DNA of 64,000 nucleotides from Minisyncoccota bacterium (lineage in GTDB: Bacteria > Patescibacteriota > Minisyncoccia > Phycocordibacterales > XYD1-FULL-46-19): NCBI GenBank assembly GCA_040879645.1, contig JBBDJY010000013.1:30366-94365 (forward strand). Direction: 5' to 3'. A program made the position numbers and the translations under genes. The notes under the pieces were generated by a model that did not search any database, had not been told where the DNA came from, and saw only the letters and a program-made list of their open reading frames with translations. Position 1 is the stretch's first letter; every line of letters starts with the position of its first letter. Below, one piece after another: positions 44,363 to 52,676 of the stretch.

Positions 44363-45892
44363 TTAACGGGCGTATTCAATGACGCGATTCTCTCGAATGA
44401 CATTGATTTTTATTTCGCCGGGGTATTTTAGGTCGTTTTGGACTCGAATGGCAATATCGCGGGCCAATTGCTTGGCTTCCAGGTCGGATATTTCTTCCGG
44501 TTTGACAAAGATTCTGATTTCCCGGCCGGCGGAAATGGCATATGATCGCTCAATACCCTTGAAGGAATTGGCAATATCTTCCAAATCTTTCAATCGTTTC
44601 AGATAATTTTCAATACTGTCGCGCCGAGCACCGGGCCGGCCGCCGGAGATGGAGTCGGCCACCTTAACAATTACCGACTCGACCGTTTCAAAGGCGTATT
44701 CTTCATGGTGAGACTGCATTGCCTTGATGACCGCTTCACCGGCATTAAATTTTTCGAGAATTCGTCGACCGATTTCGACATGGGTACCTGATATTTCATG
44801 GTCAACCGCTTTACCGATATCGTGTAATAGGCCGGCGGCTTTGGACACTTGAACATCGGCATCCAATTCTTCAGCCAACATTCCGCAGAGATGAGCCAGT
44901 TCAATCGAGTGTTGGAGAACATTCTGGCCGTAACTGGTACGGAAGTGGAGTCGACCCAAGATTAAGAGAATTCGCGGATCGAGATTTAAGACCCCGGTAT
45001 CGTAAGCGGCTTGTTCGCCTTTTTCTTTAATGATGCGAGAAATATCTTCTTTGGCTTTTTCCACTGCTTCTTCAATTTTCGCCGGTTGGATTCGTCCATC
45101 GATGATCAAATTGTCCAAGGCAACCTTGGCAATCGCTCGTCGAACCGGATCAAATGAAGATAAAACAATCGAGCCGGGTGTATCGTCGATGATAACTTCA
45201 ACCCCGGTCGCTTTTTCAAAGGCGCGAATATTCCGCCCTTCCTTGCCGATAATTTTACCTTTAACATCATCGGACGGGATATCCACGGTAGTGGACATGA
45301 CTTCCGGAACGGTTGAGGTCGATAGACGTTGAATTGTCGTGGTCAGGATATCTTTGGCTTTTTGTTCGTATTTGTCTTGACCCAGGGTCTCCAATTTATG
45401 AAGTCGAACCAATAAGTCTTCCTCATACTCTTTTTTGATGATGGCAAACAATTCCTCTTTGGCTTTTTCTTGATCCAAGTTGGCGATCCGTTCCAATTCT
45501 TTGGTTCTTTCTTCCCGTAACCGTTCAACTTCCGCTTGATCGGCTTTTAGTTTTTCGGCCGACCGTTTAAGTTCTTCGGTTTCGGTGTCAATGTCGGCTT
45601 GGCGCTTGTCTAAGAGTTCGTCTTTTTTTAACAACCGATCCTCGCGTTTTTTAATTTCCTCTCCCTTTTCTTTTTCCGTTTTCTTTGCTTCTTTGATAAG
45701 TCCGGCGGCGGTAATTTCGGCGGTTTTGACGATATTTTGGGCTTCATCCCGGGCTTCCAGGATTGCCTGTTTAACCTTCAATTCCATTGAGCCTTTTTGG
45801 CCCAAAGTTACCAACCAGCGCAGGAAATATCCAATGGCGACACCGCCGAGGCCGGTTACCCCGATGATGAAGATAAAAGTCAATAATTCCAT
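44363..45892 (-). CDS. rny: Ribonuclease Y
   Basis: N-terminal TM, coiled coil, KH domain (KGKIIGKEGRNIR), HD domain (LLHDIGK) and RPGARR. Confidence 0.97.
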   Translation of the reverse strand: MELLTFIFIIGVTGLGGVAIGYFLRWLVTLGQKGSMELKVKQAILEARDEAQNIVKTAEITAAGLIKEAKKTEKEKGEEIKKREDRLLKKDELLDKRQADIDTETEELKRSAEKLKADQAEVERLREERTKELERIANLDQEKAKEELFAIIKKEYEEDLLVRLHKLETLGQDKYEQKAKDILTTTIQRLSTSTVPEVMSTTVDIPSDDVKGKIIGKEGRNIRAFEKATGVEVIIDDTPGSIVLSSFDPVRRAIAKVALDNLIIDGRIQPAKIEEAVEKAKEDISRIIKEKGEQAAYDTGVLNLDPRILLILGRLHFRTSYGQNVLQHSIELAHLCGMLAEELDADVQVSKAAGLLHDIGKAVDHEISGTHVEIGRRILEKFNAGEAVIKAMQSHHEEYAFETVESVIVKVADSISGGRPGARRDSIENYLKRLKDLEDIANSFKGIERSYAISAGREIRIFVKPEEISDLEAKQLARDIAIRVQNDLKYPGEIKINVIRENRVIEYAR

Positions 45893-46072
45893 GGCATTGC
45901 GCCCTTCCCAGTTTCTTGTTTAGTCGGTCAGCTGTCAGCGAAAGCCTAGACCCTTTTCATGGCTAAAAATAAGGATATTTTATTGGTTTCGATAATTTTT
46001 TTTGGACAAGCCATAAGACGAGTAAACTGTAGAAGGATTTTAGTTAAAATTTATTAATGCTAAAACTTTTTG

Positions 46073-46101
46073 ATTATATCAGACCAAAAATATTCTGTCG
46101 A
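46073..46101 (-). promoter_or_regulatory. sigma70-type promoter about 180 nt upstream of rny
   Basis: Minus strand reads TCGACA-17 nt-TATAAT. Confidence 0.6.
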
Positions 46102-46220
46102 GTAATCAAAAAAAACGAGATAATCCGGTTTCGTCACTCAACCCTCAAATTAGCCGGATGGAATAATTTTATTATTTATAGTATGGTTGTTGGATTAAAA
46201 ATAATCAATTTTAATTTAGT

Positions 46221-46826
46221 ATGAGTATGCGAAAAATCCCTGATTCTCTCATAATGAAAAAAATACAAGACATCGCAGTTTTCTTTTTTATCCTATGTGT
46301 TGCCACTTTATCCTTTATTTCTATTTTGGGAATTTGGGAATTTTTTGAAGAAGAGATAATTTTAAAATCATTTCAAACAATTGGTCTTTTAGCGATTGTG
46401 GCCGTGAATGTAATTATTGTAGCCGTTTTTCGATTGGCGCTTTGGCGTGTTTCAATTGATACTAAAATCAGCGGGAATACTCATCTTCCAACGCCGCCGG
46501 TTGAAGTTAATCCGGTTTTTGCCGTTTTGCGTCATGGAATGATTATCTTATTGATTATCTCGGTGGTTTTATTGGCCCTATTTGGGATTTTGGCTATTTG
46601 GGAAGTTTTACCTAAGGATATTATTGGTAAATCATTAGCCTCAATTGCGACAATTGTTTTTGCTTCTTTTATTATCGTCTTTACTTGTCTTAGTCGGGAA
46701 AATCATAAATTATTACGGCCCAAAAAAGATAATCAACATCTATCGGCCGGCCGAATCATCCTATATGTTATTTTGGCTATTATTTTTATACCGTGGTTTG
46801 TTTCCCTTATGTTTTCTTTCTATTAA
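46221..46826 (+). CDS. Membrane protein with an internally duplicated two-TM unit
   Basis: SILGIWE...IILKS recurs as GILAIWE...IIGKS. Five TMs in total. Confidence 0.75.
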   Translation: MSMRKIPDSLIMKKIQDIAVFFFILCVATLSFISILGIWEFFEEEIILKSFQTIGLLAIVAVNVIIVAVFRLALWRVSIDTKISGNTHLPTPPVEVNPVFAVLRHGMIILLIISVVLLALFGILAIWEVLPKDIIGKSLASIATIVFASFIIVFTCLSRENHKLLRPKKDNQHLSAGRIILYVILAIIFIPWFVSLMFSFY

Positions 46827-46907
46827 TTTACCGAGGAAGAAATAATTACGAATAAAAATAAACAAAATTCTTTTTAGGTTGGTTCGTAAATTCAATTATG
46901 CTTAAGC

Positions 46908-46941
46908 AAAAAAGACTGGCGCGGATGCGTCAGTCTTTTTT
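46908..46941. terminator. Bidirectional terminator (clpP / membrane protein)
   Basis: AAAAAAGACTGGCGC-GGAT-GCGTCAGTCTTTTTT. Confidence 0.8.
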
Positions 46942-46961
46942 GTTATCAACCGTAAATCGGG

Positions 46962-47543
46962 CTATTTGGCGGTGGCGACGATTTTGTCGATGACGCCGTA
47001 TTTTTTGGCTTCTTCGGCTGAGAGGTAGTAATCACGATCGGAATCTTTTTCAATTTGAGCCAAATCCTGGCCGGTATTTTTGGCCATAATTTTATTGAGA
47101 TTTTCTTTAATCTTGAGGATTTGTTTGGCGGTAATGGCAATATCCGAAGCCTGGCCTTCAATCCCGCCAAGCGGTTGGTGGATCATCACTTCGGCATTGG
47201 GCAGAGCAAAACGCTTGCCCTTGGCACCGGAGGACAAAACTACCGCTCCGCCGGAAGCGGCCAAGCCGATGCAAATAGTGGAAACATCCGGTTTGATATA
47301 GTTCATCGTATCGATCACCGCCAAGGTTGAGGTAACCGAACCGCCGGGCGAATTGACATACAATTTAACATCCTTTTTCGGGTCGGCTGATTCCAAGAAT
47401 AAAAGCTGGGCGATAACAATATTGGCCGATTGGTCGTCAATTGGCCCACCAAGGAAAACAATTCGCTCTTTTAATAAACGAGAATATATATCGTAGGCTC
47501 GTTCGCCATATTGGGATTTTTCGATAACGGTAGGAATAAGCAT
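46962..47543 (-). CDS. clpP: ATP-dependent Clp protease proteolytic subunit
   Basis: Motifs [27 protein letters not shown] and DRD. Confidence 0.97.
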   Translation of the reverse strand: MLIPTVIEKSQYGERAYDIYSRLLKERIVFLGGPIDDQSANIVIAQLLFLESADPKKDVKLYVNSPGGSVTSTLAVIDTMNYIKPDVSTICIGLAASGGAVVLSSGAKGKRFALPNAEVMIHQPLGGIEGQASDIAITAKQILKIKENLNKIMAKNTGQDLAQIEKDSDRDYYLSAEEAKKYGVIDKIVATAK

Positions 47544-47602
47544 ATTTTTATTGATTACCGGCCATTGACTGATTCAATCGCCGAATTTGTATTATAGAAC
47601 GA

Positions 47603-48655
47603 TTAAGCGTCTTTTTCAAGCAATTCCAAGGCTTTTTCATTAAGTAAAACGCCTTGGGCGTAACGGCGAACGGCCGCCGGGTCAATATTTTCGTTAGCTT
47701 GATGGTGTTTGAGAATGGCTTCGGTGTATTGATCAACTTCATCTTGGCCGACTTCCAGTTTTTCGGCGGCGATGATTTTTTCCAGAATCAGACCGACTTT
47801 GACTCGCTTGGTGGCATCGTCTTTCCAGCCGGCCGTTAATTCATCAGTGGTTTTCTTGAGGTGATTTAGGTAATCGTCAAATTTAATTCCCATTTGCTCG
47901 ATTTGGCCTTTAAGTTCGGCCAACATTTTTTGCAGTTCTTGGTTGATTAGAATATCGGGCAAGGCCGGATTAACGGCGGCGGCCAGGCGGTCTAAGATGG
48001 CCGCTCGCCGTTTTTCTTTTTGCTTATGAGTTTTTTCGGCGGTCAATTGAGCTTTAATTTTATCGCGAAAATCAGCTACGGTGGCAAAATCACCGAATTT
48101 TTTAATGAAGGCCTCGTCAATCGGCGGCCGGTCTTCGGTTTTGGTTTCACCTCCTTCTTCTTTTTGGGGAGTATTTTTCGCGACCTCCATTTTTTGGAGA
48201 TTGGCGATGAAGTCGTCAATTTCTTTAGCGGTAATTTCTTCGTCGTTAATTGGCGTTTCGGCTAAGGCTTCGGTTGCCAATTGGCGATAGTCGGGTAAGT
48301 CAAAGGTCGGCACGATGGCCGTTTTAATGGTAAAACCTAGCGGATTGTCTTTAGCCAGCTTGGTAATGGTAACGGCTGGCCGGCCAATCGGTGCCAATTC
48401 TTTTTCGGCAACGATTTCCGGGTAGGCCTTTTGCAAGGCCTCCTCGGCCATTTGTTGGAGAATCGTCTCTTCACCTAGACGGTCAATTAAAATTTTTTCC
48501 GGTACTTGACCGGGGCGAAAACCGTCAATGGTGGCGGTGGCTTGCAATTTTTTAATCACCGCCGGCCGGTAAGTGGCAAAATCTTCGGCTGAAACTTCGC
48601 CGCTGATTTCTAGTTGGCCGTCTTTATCTTCAGTAATTTTGAGGTTATAAGGCAT
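47603..48655 (-). CDS. tig: Trigger factor (short form, apparently lacking the FKBP domain)
   Basis: GFRPGQVP signature, 350 aa, tig-clpP synteny. Confidence 0.9.
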   Translation of the reverse strand: MPYNLKITEDKDGQLEISGEVSAEDFATYRPAVIKKLQATATIDGFRPGQVPEKILIDRLGEETILQQMAEEALQKAYPEIVAEKELAPIGRPAVTITKLAKDNPLGFTIKTAIVPTFDLPDYRQLATEALAETPINDEEITAKEIDDFIANLQKMEVAKNTPQKEEGGETKTEDRPPIDEAFIKKFGDFATVADFRDKIKAQLTAEKTHKQKEKRRAAILDRLAAAVNPALPDILINQELQKMLAELKGQIEQMGIKFDDYLNHLKKTTDELTAGWKDDATKRVKVGLILEKIIAAEKLEVGQDEVDQYTEAILKHHQANENIDPAAVRRYAQGVLLNEKALELLEKDA

Positions 48656-48801
48656 ATTAATTTTTATTTATTTTAAACCGCTTTTCAGTCTAACCCAATC
48701 GGCCTTTTTTTCAAAGCCTTATTTTTTATCACCGTTTGGGGTCATAAAAAAATCCCGCCGGAGCGGGATCTTTTAAGTTGAGGGAATTAGTTTGATTGAG
48801 C

Positions 48802-49137
48802 TTACAATTCCGCTTCCAAATCTTCTAATTCTTGGTCAAGGCCTTCCAATTCGGTATTTAAAGCGTCGGCCTCAATGGCGTCCAATTCGGTCGATGAGTC
48901 TTGTTCCAACAGGGCTTCGGTTTGGCCATTTTCATCAGTCGGCAAACCTCCTTCCCGGCCGAATAGGACATAGAGACCGCCGAGAACCAAGATTAAGATG
49001 ATGATGATAATCCCAATGGTTGGTCCTTTGGATTCTTTCATCGCCGGTCCGTTGCCAAAACTGTTGTCGTTAAAAGTCGGCTCGTTGTTAATCGCTTGAT
49101 TTTCCCCTTGATTAATTTGCTCGTTATTTTCCTCCAT
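48802..49137 (-). CDS. Small acidic bitopic membrane protein
   Basis: One TM and an acidic helical C-terminus. A terminator hairpin follows at about 48747-48775. Confidence 0.7.
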   Translation of the reverse strand: MEENNEQINQGENQAINNEPTFNDNSFGNGPAMKESKGPTIGIIIIILILVLGGLYVLFGREGGLPTDENGQTEALLEQDSSTELDAIEADALNTELEGLDQELEDLEAEL

Positions 49138-49158
49138 GAATTAAATGTTAATTGTTAA

Positions 49159-49959
49159 TTATTGATCAATATCCTCGGTTTCATCGTCTTCGGTTTCGTC
49201 ATCATTTTCAGTTTCATCTCCCTCGGCTTCTTCATCGTCGACTTCGTCTTGATTGGCGGAAGACATCCCCCGAGCTTCGGTTATCGCCCGAACGACCATT
49301 TGATGGGCTTCACGGACTTTGGCAATACTGGCCGAAGTGACACTGCGAGCGGCGGCCAGATAATCAGCCGGACCGGCTTCCGGTGTTAAGCTGTCAATGG
49401 CCGTGTGAGCTTGTTCCAGTAATAGCCGTCCATCGGACACTAATTGAGCCGCTTCAACTAAAGTTTGGCGTGGTTGATCGACATTGGCACCATCGGCTTC
49501 AAAAATGTCCAAGCGTTCTTCTAAGCGCAAGGCCAGCATCTCTACCCGGACAAAAGCGGCTTCAATCCGATTAAGCATCCGAAGAACATTTTGTCTGAGT
49601 TTGTCATCTCGATTAGCCATTCGGTCTTCTGCAATATTGGCTTGGTTTTCTCTAACCATTTGGATCCTTTCTTCAATTCGTTCTTTTAGTTGATTTCGCA
49701 CCGCCTCTCGTTCCGCACTGCCGGCCGGCGCTCCCAAGGCCCGAGATGGCAATACCGCTTCGCGTTGTTCGCGAGCGCGCTCTTGTAAAGTTTGACCCGG
49801 AGAGGTTGGTCGCTCCTCGTCAATTGTCGTTTCTATCGCTTCACTATTCCCTCGGTCTCTCGCGGTGGTCGAATCGATATCAGCGGCTTCTTGGCCACTG
49901 GCTGAACCGGCCAAGCCAAAGATGACGAGGAAGGCAATCAAAAAAGCAAAATTCTTCAT
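49159..49959 (-). CDS. Secreted helical/coiled-coil hypothetical protein with an acidic tail
   Basis: Signal peptide, R/E-rich helices and a D/E-rich tail. Confidence 0.7.
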   Translation of the reverse strand: MKNFAFLIAFLVIFGLAGSASGQEAADIDSTTARDRGNSEAIETTIDEERPTSPGQTLQERAREQREAVLPSRALGAPAGSAEREAVRNQLKERIEERIQMVRENQANIAEDRMANRDDKLRQNVLRMLNRIEAAFVRVEMLALRLEERLDIFEADGANVDQPRQTLVEAAQLVSDGRLLLEQAHTAIDSLTPEAGPADYLAAARSVTSASIAKVREAHQMVVRAITEARGMSSANQDEVDDEEAEGDETENDDETEDDETEDIDQ

Positions 49960-50062
49960 AAAATTTTATTATTGATTAATTAAAAATAAAGATAATAATC
50001 GGCCGATACTTGAAAATCAAGTATCGGCCTTATTATACCATAGGGTCAATTGATTTTGTCAG

Positions 50063-50590
50063 TTATGACTGGGGATATTTATTTTGATAGAGTTTAATTG
50101 AGTGTCGCAGGGCTTTTTGGGCTTCTTTTTTGTCTCCCCATTTACCAATCTTGACTTCCTTTTTTTGTAAATCTTTATACACCTTAAAAAAGTGGGAAAT
50201 CTCTTCCAAAATATGCGGTTCGGTGTTGGGCAGATCACGCAAACCGTTAAAGCGGGGATCGGCCACCGGGACGGCCAAAACTTTGGCGTCGGATTTGCCG
50301 TCATCGGTCATATCCATAATGCCGATGGCTCGGGCTTTAACCAAGGCGCCGGGGACGAAAGGTTCGTGAGAGATGACCAAAACATCAAGCGGGTCGCCGT
50401 CGTCCCAGAGGGTTTGGGGGACAAAGCCATAATTAGCCGGATAGTGCATCGGCGAATACAAAACTCGATCAACCTGGATCAAACCGGTTTCTTTTTCCAA
50501 TTCGTATTTAATTCGTGATAATTTGGGAATTTCAACCACGACGTTGAATTCTTCTTCGTCTCCCAGTGGGATATCGTGCCATAGATTCAT
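50063..50590 (-). CDS. ppa: Inorganic pyrophosphatase (family I)
   Basis: Motifs EIPK, KYE, YPANYG, DGDPLD and FFKVYK. Confidence 0.96.
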   Translation of the reverse strand: MNLWHDIPLGDEEEFNVVVEIPKLSRIKYELEKETGLIQVDRVLYSPMHYPANYGFVPQTLWDDGDPLDVLVISHEPFVPGALVKARAIGIMDMTDDGKSDAKVLAVPVADPRFNGLRDLPNTEPHILEEISHFFKVYKDLQKKEVKIGKWGDKKEAQKALRHSIKLYQNKYPQS

Positions 50591-50656
50591 ATTATTGGGG
50601 ATTATGTGATTTGAAACGCCACTTGAGCGTTTCCGATTAATAGTGGTTTGATTATA

Positions 50657-51991
50657 TTACCCTTTTGGCTCTTCTTCAATGTTTGATTCTTGGTCGGCGG
50701 ATTTTTCAGTGCCCGGGTCTTCCGTCGGGGCGGTTTCCGGTTCTTCTTGGTTTTCGGCGATTTCTTCGGATGAAGTTTCTCCATCTTTTTCTTCAGTCTC
50801 GGTGTCATCGTTTTTGTCTTGGTTGGTTGTCGGGTCGTCGGTCGGGAGTTCACTAGTATCAACTTCGGCCTCGGCCGGAGAGACAACTTCTTCCTCACTG
50901 GTTTCCGGCGATTTGATATCTATTTTCCAGCCGGTTAATTTGGCGGCCAGACGGACATTTTGTCCGCCTTTACCGACGGCTAAGGAAAATTGATCCGGCG
51001 CCACTAAAACGGTAGCGGTGCCGACTTCCTTGTCTAACGTAATATCCAGAATTTTAGCTGGCGACAAGGCGTTGGAAATAAATTCTTCCGACGATTCCGA
51101 CCATTCAATAATGTCTATTTTTTCTCCGCCCAATTCCGAAATGATCGTTGTTACCCGCGAGCCTCTTTGGCCGACACAGGAGCCGACCGGATCAATGCCG
51201 TCATCGTGAGAAAAGACGGCGATTTTGGTGCGAACGCCGGCTTCACGGGCGATTGATTTTATTTCCACCAACCCCTCGGCAATTTCCGGGGCTTCGATTT
51301 CAAACAGTTTTTCTACAAATTTGGGATGAGAGCGAGACAATTTCAAATTGATTCCGCGTGGCGTTTCTTCCACCAGGTATAGATAAGCGCGAATCCGCTC
51401 GCCTTGACGGTAGTATTCGCCGGGAATTTGTTCTTCGTGAGGCAAAAGACCGGTGACTCGGCCCATATCAACAAAAACATTACCGCGCTCGATTTTTTGC
51501 ACTTTACCGCTGGTAATCTCGCCTTCTTTGTCGGAGTATTCGCCCATAACGGAGACTTTTTCCGCTTCTCGCAAGCGTTGAATAATAACTTGTTTGGCGG
51601 TTTGGGCGGCAATCCGGCCGTAATCATCCTTGGTTTCCAAAGGGAAAATCAATTCATCATCCGGTTTGGCATCTTTTTTGATCTTTTTGGCATCAGCTAA
51701 AAAGATATGATGCTCTTCATTAAAGCGAGGCCGTTCGTCTTCGTCGTCGGTTTTGTCTTCTTCGTCCAACCGAACTTGATCCGGATCAACGACAATCTTA
51801 ACCTGGAAAAATTCAATTTTACCGGTATCGGTATCAAAATGCGCCCGAATAATCTGGCCCTTTTTACCATAGTCTTTTTTATAAGCAGCGGTTAGCGAAT
51901 CTTCAATCGCTTCCAAGATTTTTTCTTTGGGGATATTTCGCTCTTCCTCTAATTGTTCCAGCGATGATTTTAAAGCTTTGAGATCAATCAT
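50657..51991 (-). CDS. nusA: Transcription factor NusA with a long acidic C-terminal tail
   Basis: GRIAAQTAKQVI, S1 domain, and KH motifs AREAG.RTK and GKGGQNVRLA. Confidence 0.97.
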   Translation of the reverse strand: MIDLKALKSSLEQLEEERNIPKEKILEAIEDSLTAAYKKDYGKKGQIIRAHFDTDTGKIEFFQVKIVVDPDQVRLDEEDKTDDEDERPRFNEEHHIFLADAKKIKKDAKPDDELIFPLETKDDYGRIAAQTAKQVIIQRLREAEKVSVMGEYSDKEGEITSGKVQKIERGNVFVDMGRVTGLLPHEEQIPGEYYRQGERIRAYLYLVEETPRGINLKLSRSHPKFVEKLFEIEAPEIAEGLVEIKSIAREAGVRTKIAVFSHDDGIDPVGSCVGQRGSRVTTIISELGGEKIDIIEWSESSEEFISNALSPAKILDITLDKEVGTATVLVAPDQFSLAVGKGGQNVRLAAKLTGWKIDIKSPETSEEEVVSPAEAEVDTSELPTDDPTTNQDKNDDTETEEKDGETSSEEIAENQEEPETAPTEDPGTEKSADQESNIEEEPKG

Positions 51992-52258
51992 ATTTAATGA
52001 ATTAAATTTTAATACTTATATTATGTCCGAGGACGGCACCTAAGGCTAATTTTTTGAAAAAAATTTGCCCGTTTGGCTAACGGACATTGACATCATAAGC
52101 ATACTTGATGGTTTAAATCTTGTCAATCCGCCCGGACTATCCCTGATTTATCAACAGTCCGGCTTGACGATGATTGTTTGCTTATTTGATTATGGTACTA
52201 TTATTGTATCAATTAATATCATTGTCGATTTCTTATCATTAATCCTTAATATTTAAAT

Positions 52259-52660
52259 ATGGAAGAACAAAATCAAGAGAACAATCAGGGCGAGAATCAA
52301 GAATTCAATCCTGAACCGGAATTAGCCCAGCCGGATGAAGTAAAGACCGGCCACTTGGTGCGGAATTCCGCCGCCGCCATCGCGATTATTATTGTTTTGG
52401 CTTTGATTGTTTTGGCGGTAATCGGCAGTCAAACCGAGCCGGAACCGGCCACCGAAACAGCTAATGAAGAATTGACCGAAGAAGATCGGGCCGAAATCCT
52501 TCGACAATTGGAAGAAAATGCTGAAGAAGCCGAGCCCCTAACCGAAGAAGATCGGGCCGAAATCCTTCGACAGCTGGAAGAAAACGCTGAAGAAGCCGAG
52601 CCCCTAACCGAAGAAGATCGGGCCGAAATCCTTCGACAATTGGAACAAGGTTCGCAATAA
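52259..52660 (+). CDS. Bitopic membrane protein with 22-aa tandem repeats
   Basis: One TM followed by (LTEEDRAEILRQLEENAEEAEP) x2.6. Confidence 0.75.
   Translation: MEEQNQENNQGENQEFNPEPELAQPDEVKTGHLVRNSAAAIAIIIVLALIVLAVIGSQTEPEPATETANEELTEEDRAEILRQLEENAEEAEPLTEEDRAEILRQLEENAEEAEPLTEEDRAEILRQLEQGSQ
52475..52645 (+). repeat. 66-bp in-frame tandem repeat, about 2.6 copies
   Basis: Units start at 52475, 52541 and 52607 and are nearly identical. Confidence 0.92.
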
Positions 52661-52676
52661 TCATTTTTAAATTAAT

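Noticed and set aside
47603-48655. Trigger factor pseudogene
   Set aside because: The ORF is intact with N- and C-domains. A short form lacking the PPIase domain is plausible for a reduced genome.
52005-52032. dif site (…ACTTATATTATGTCCG…)
   Set aside because: Only TATATTATGT matches, both arms are poor, and the position is origin-proximal.
52475-52645. CRISPR array
   Set aside because: The 66-bp units are contiguous, in frame and have no unique spacers. No cas genes are in the window.
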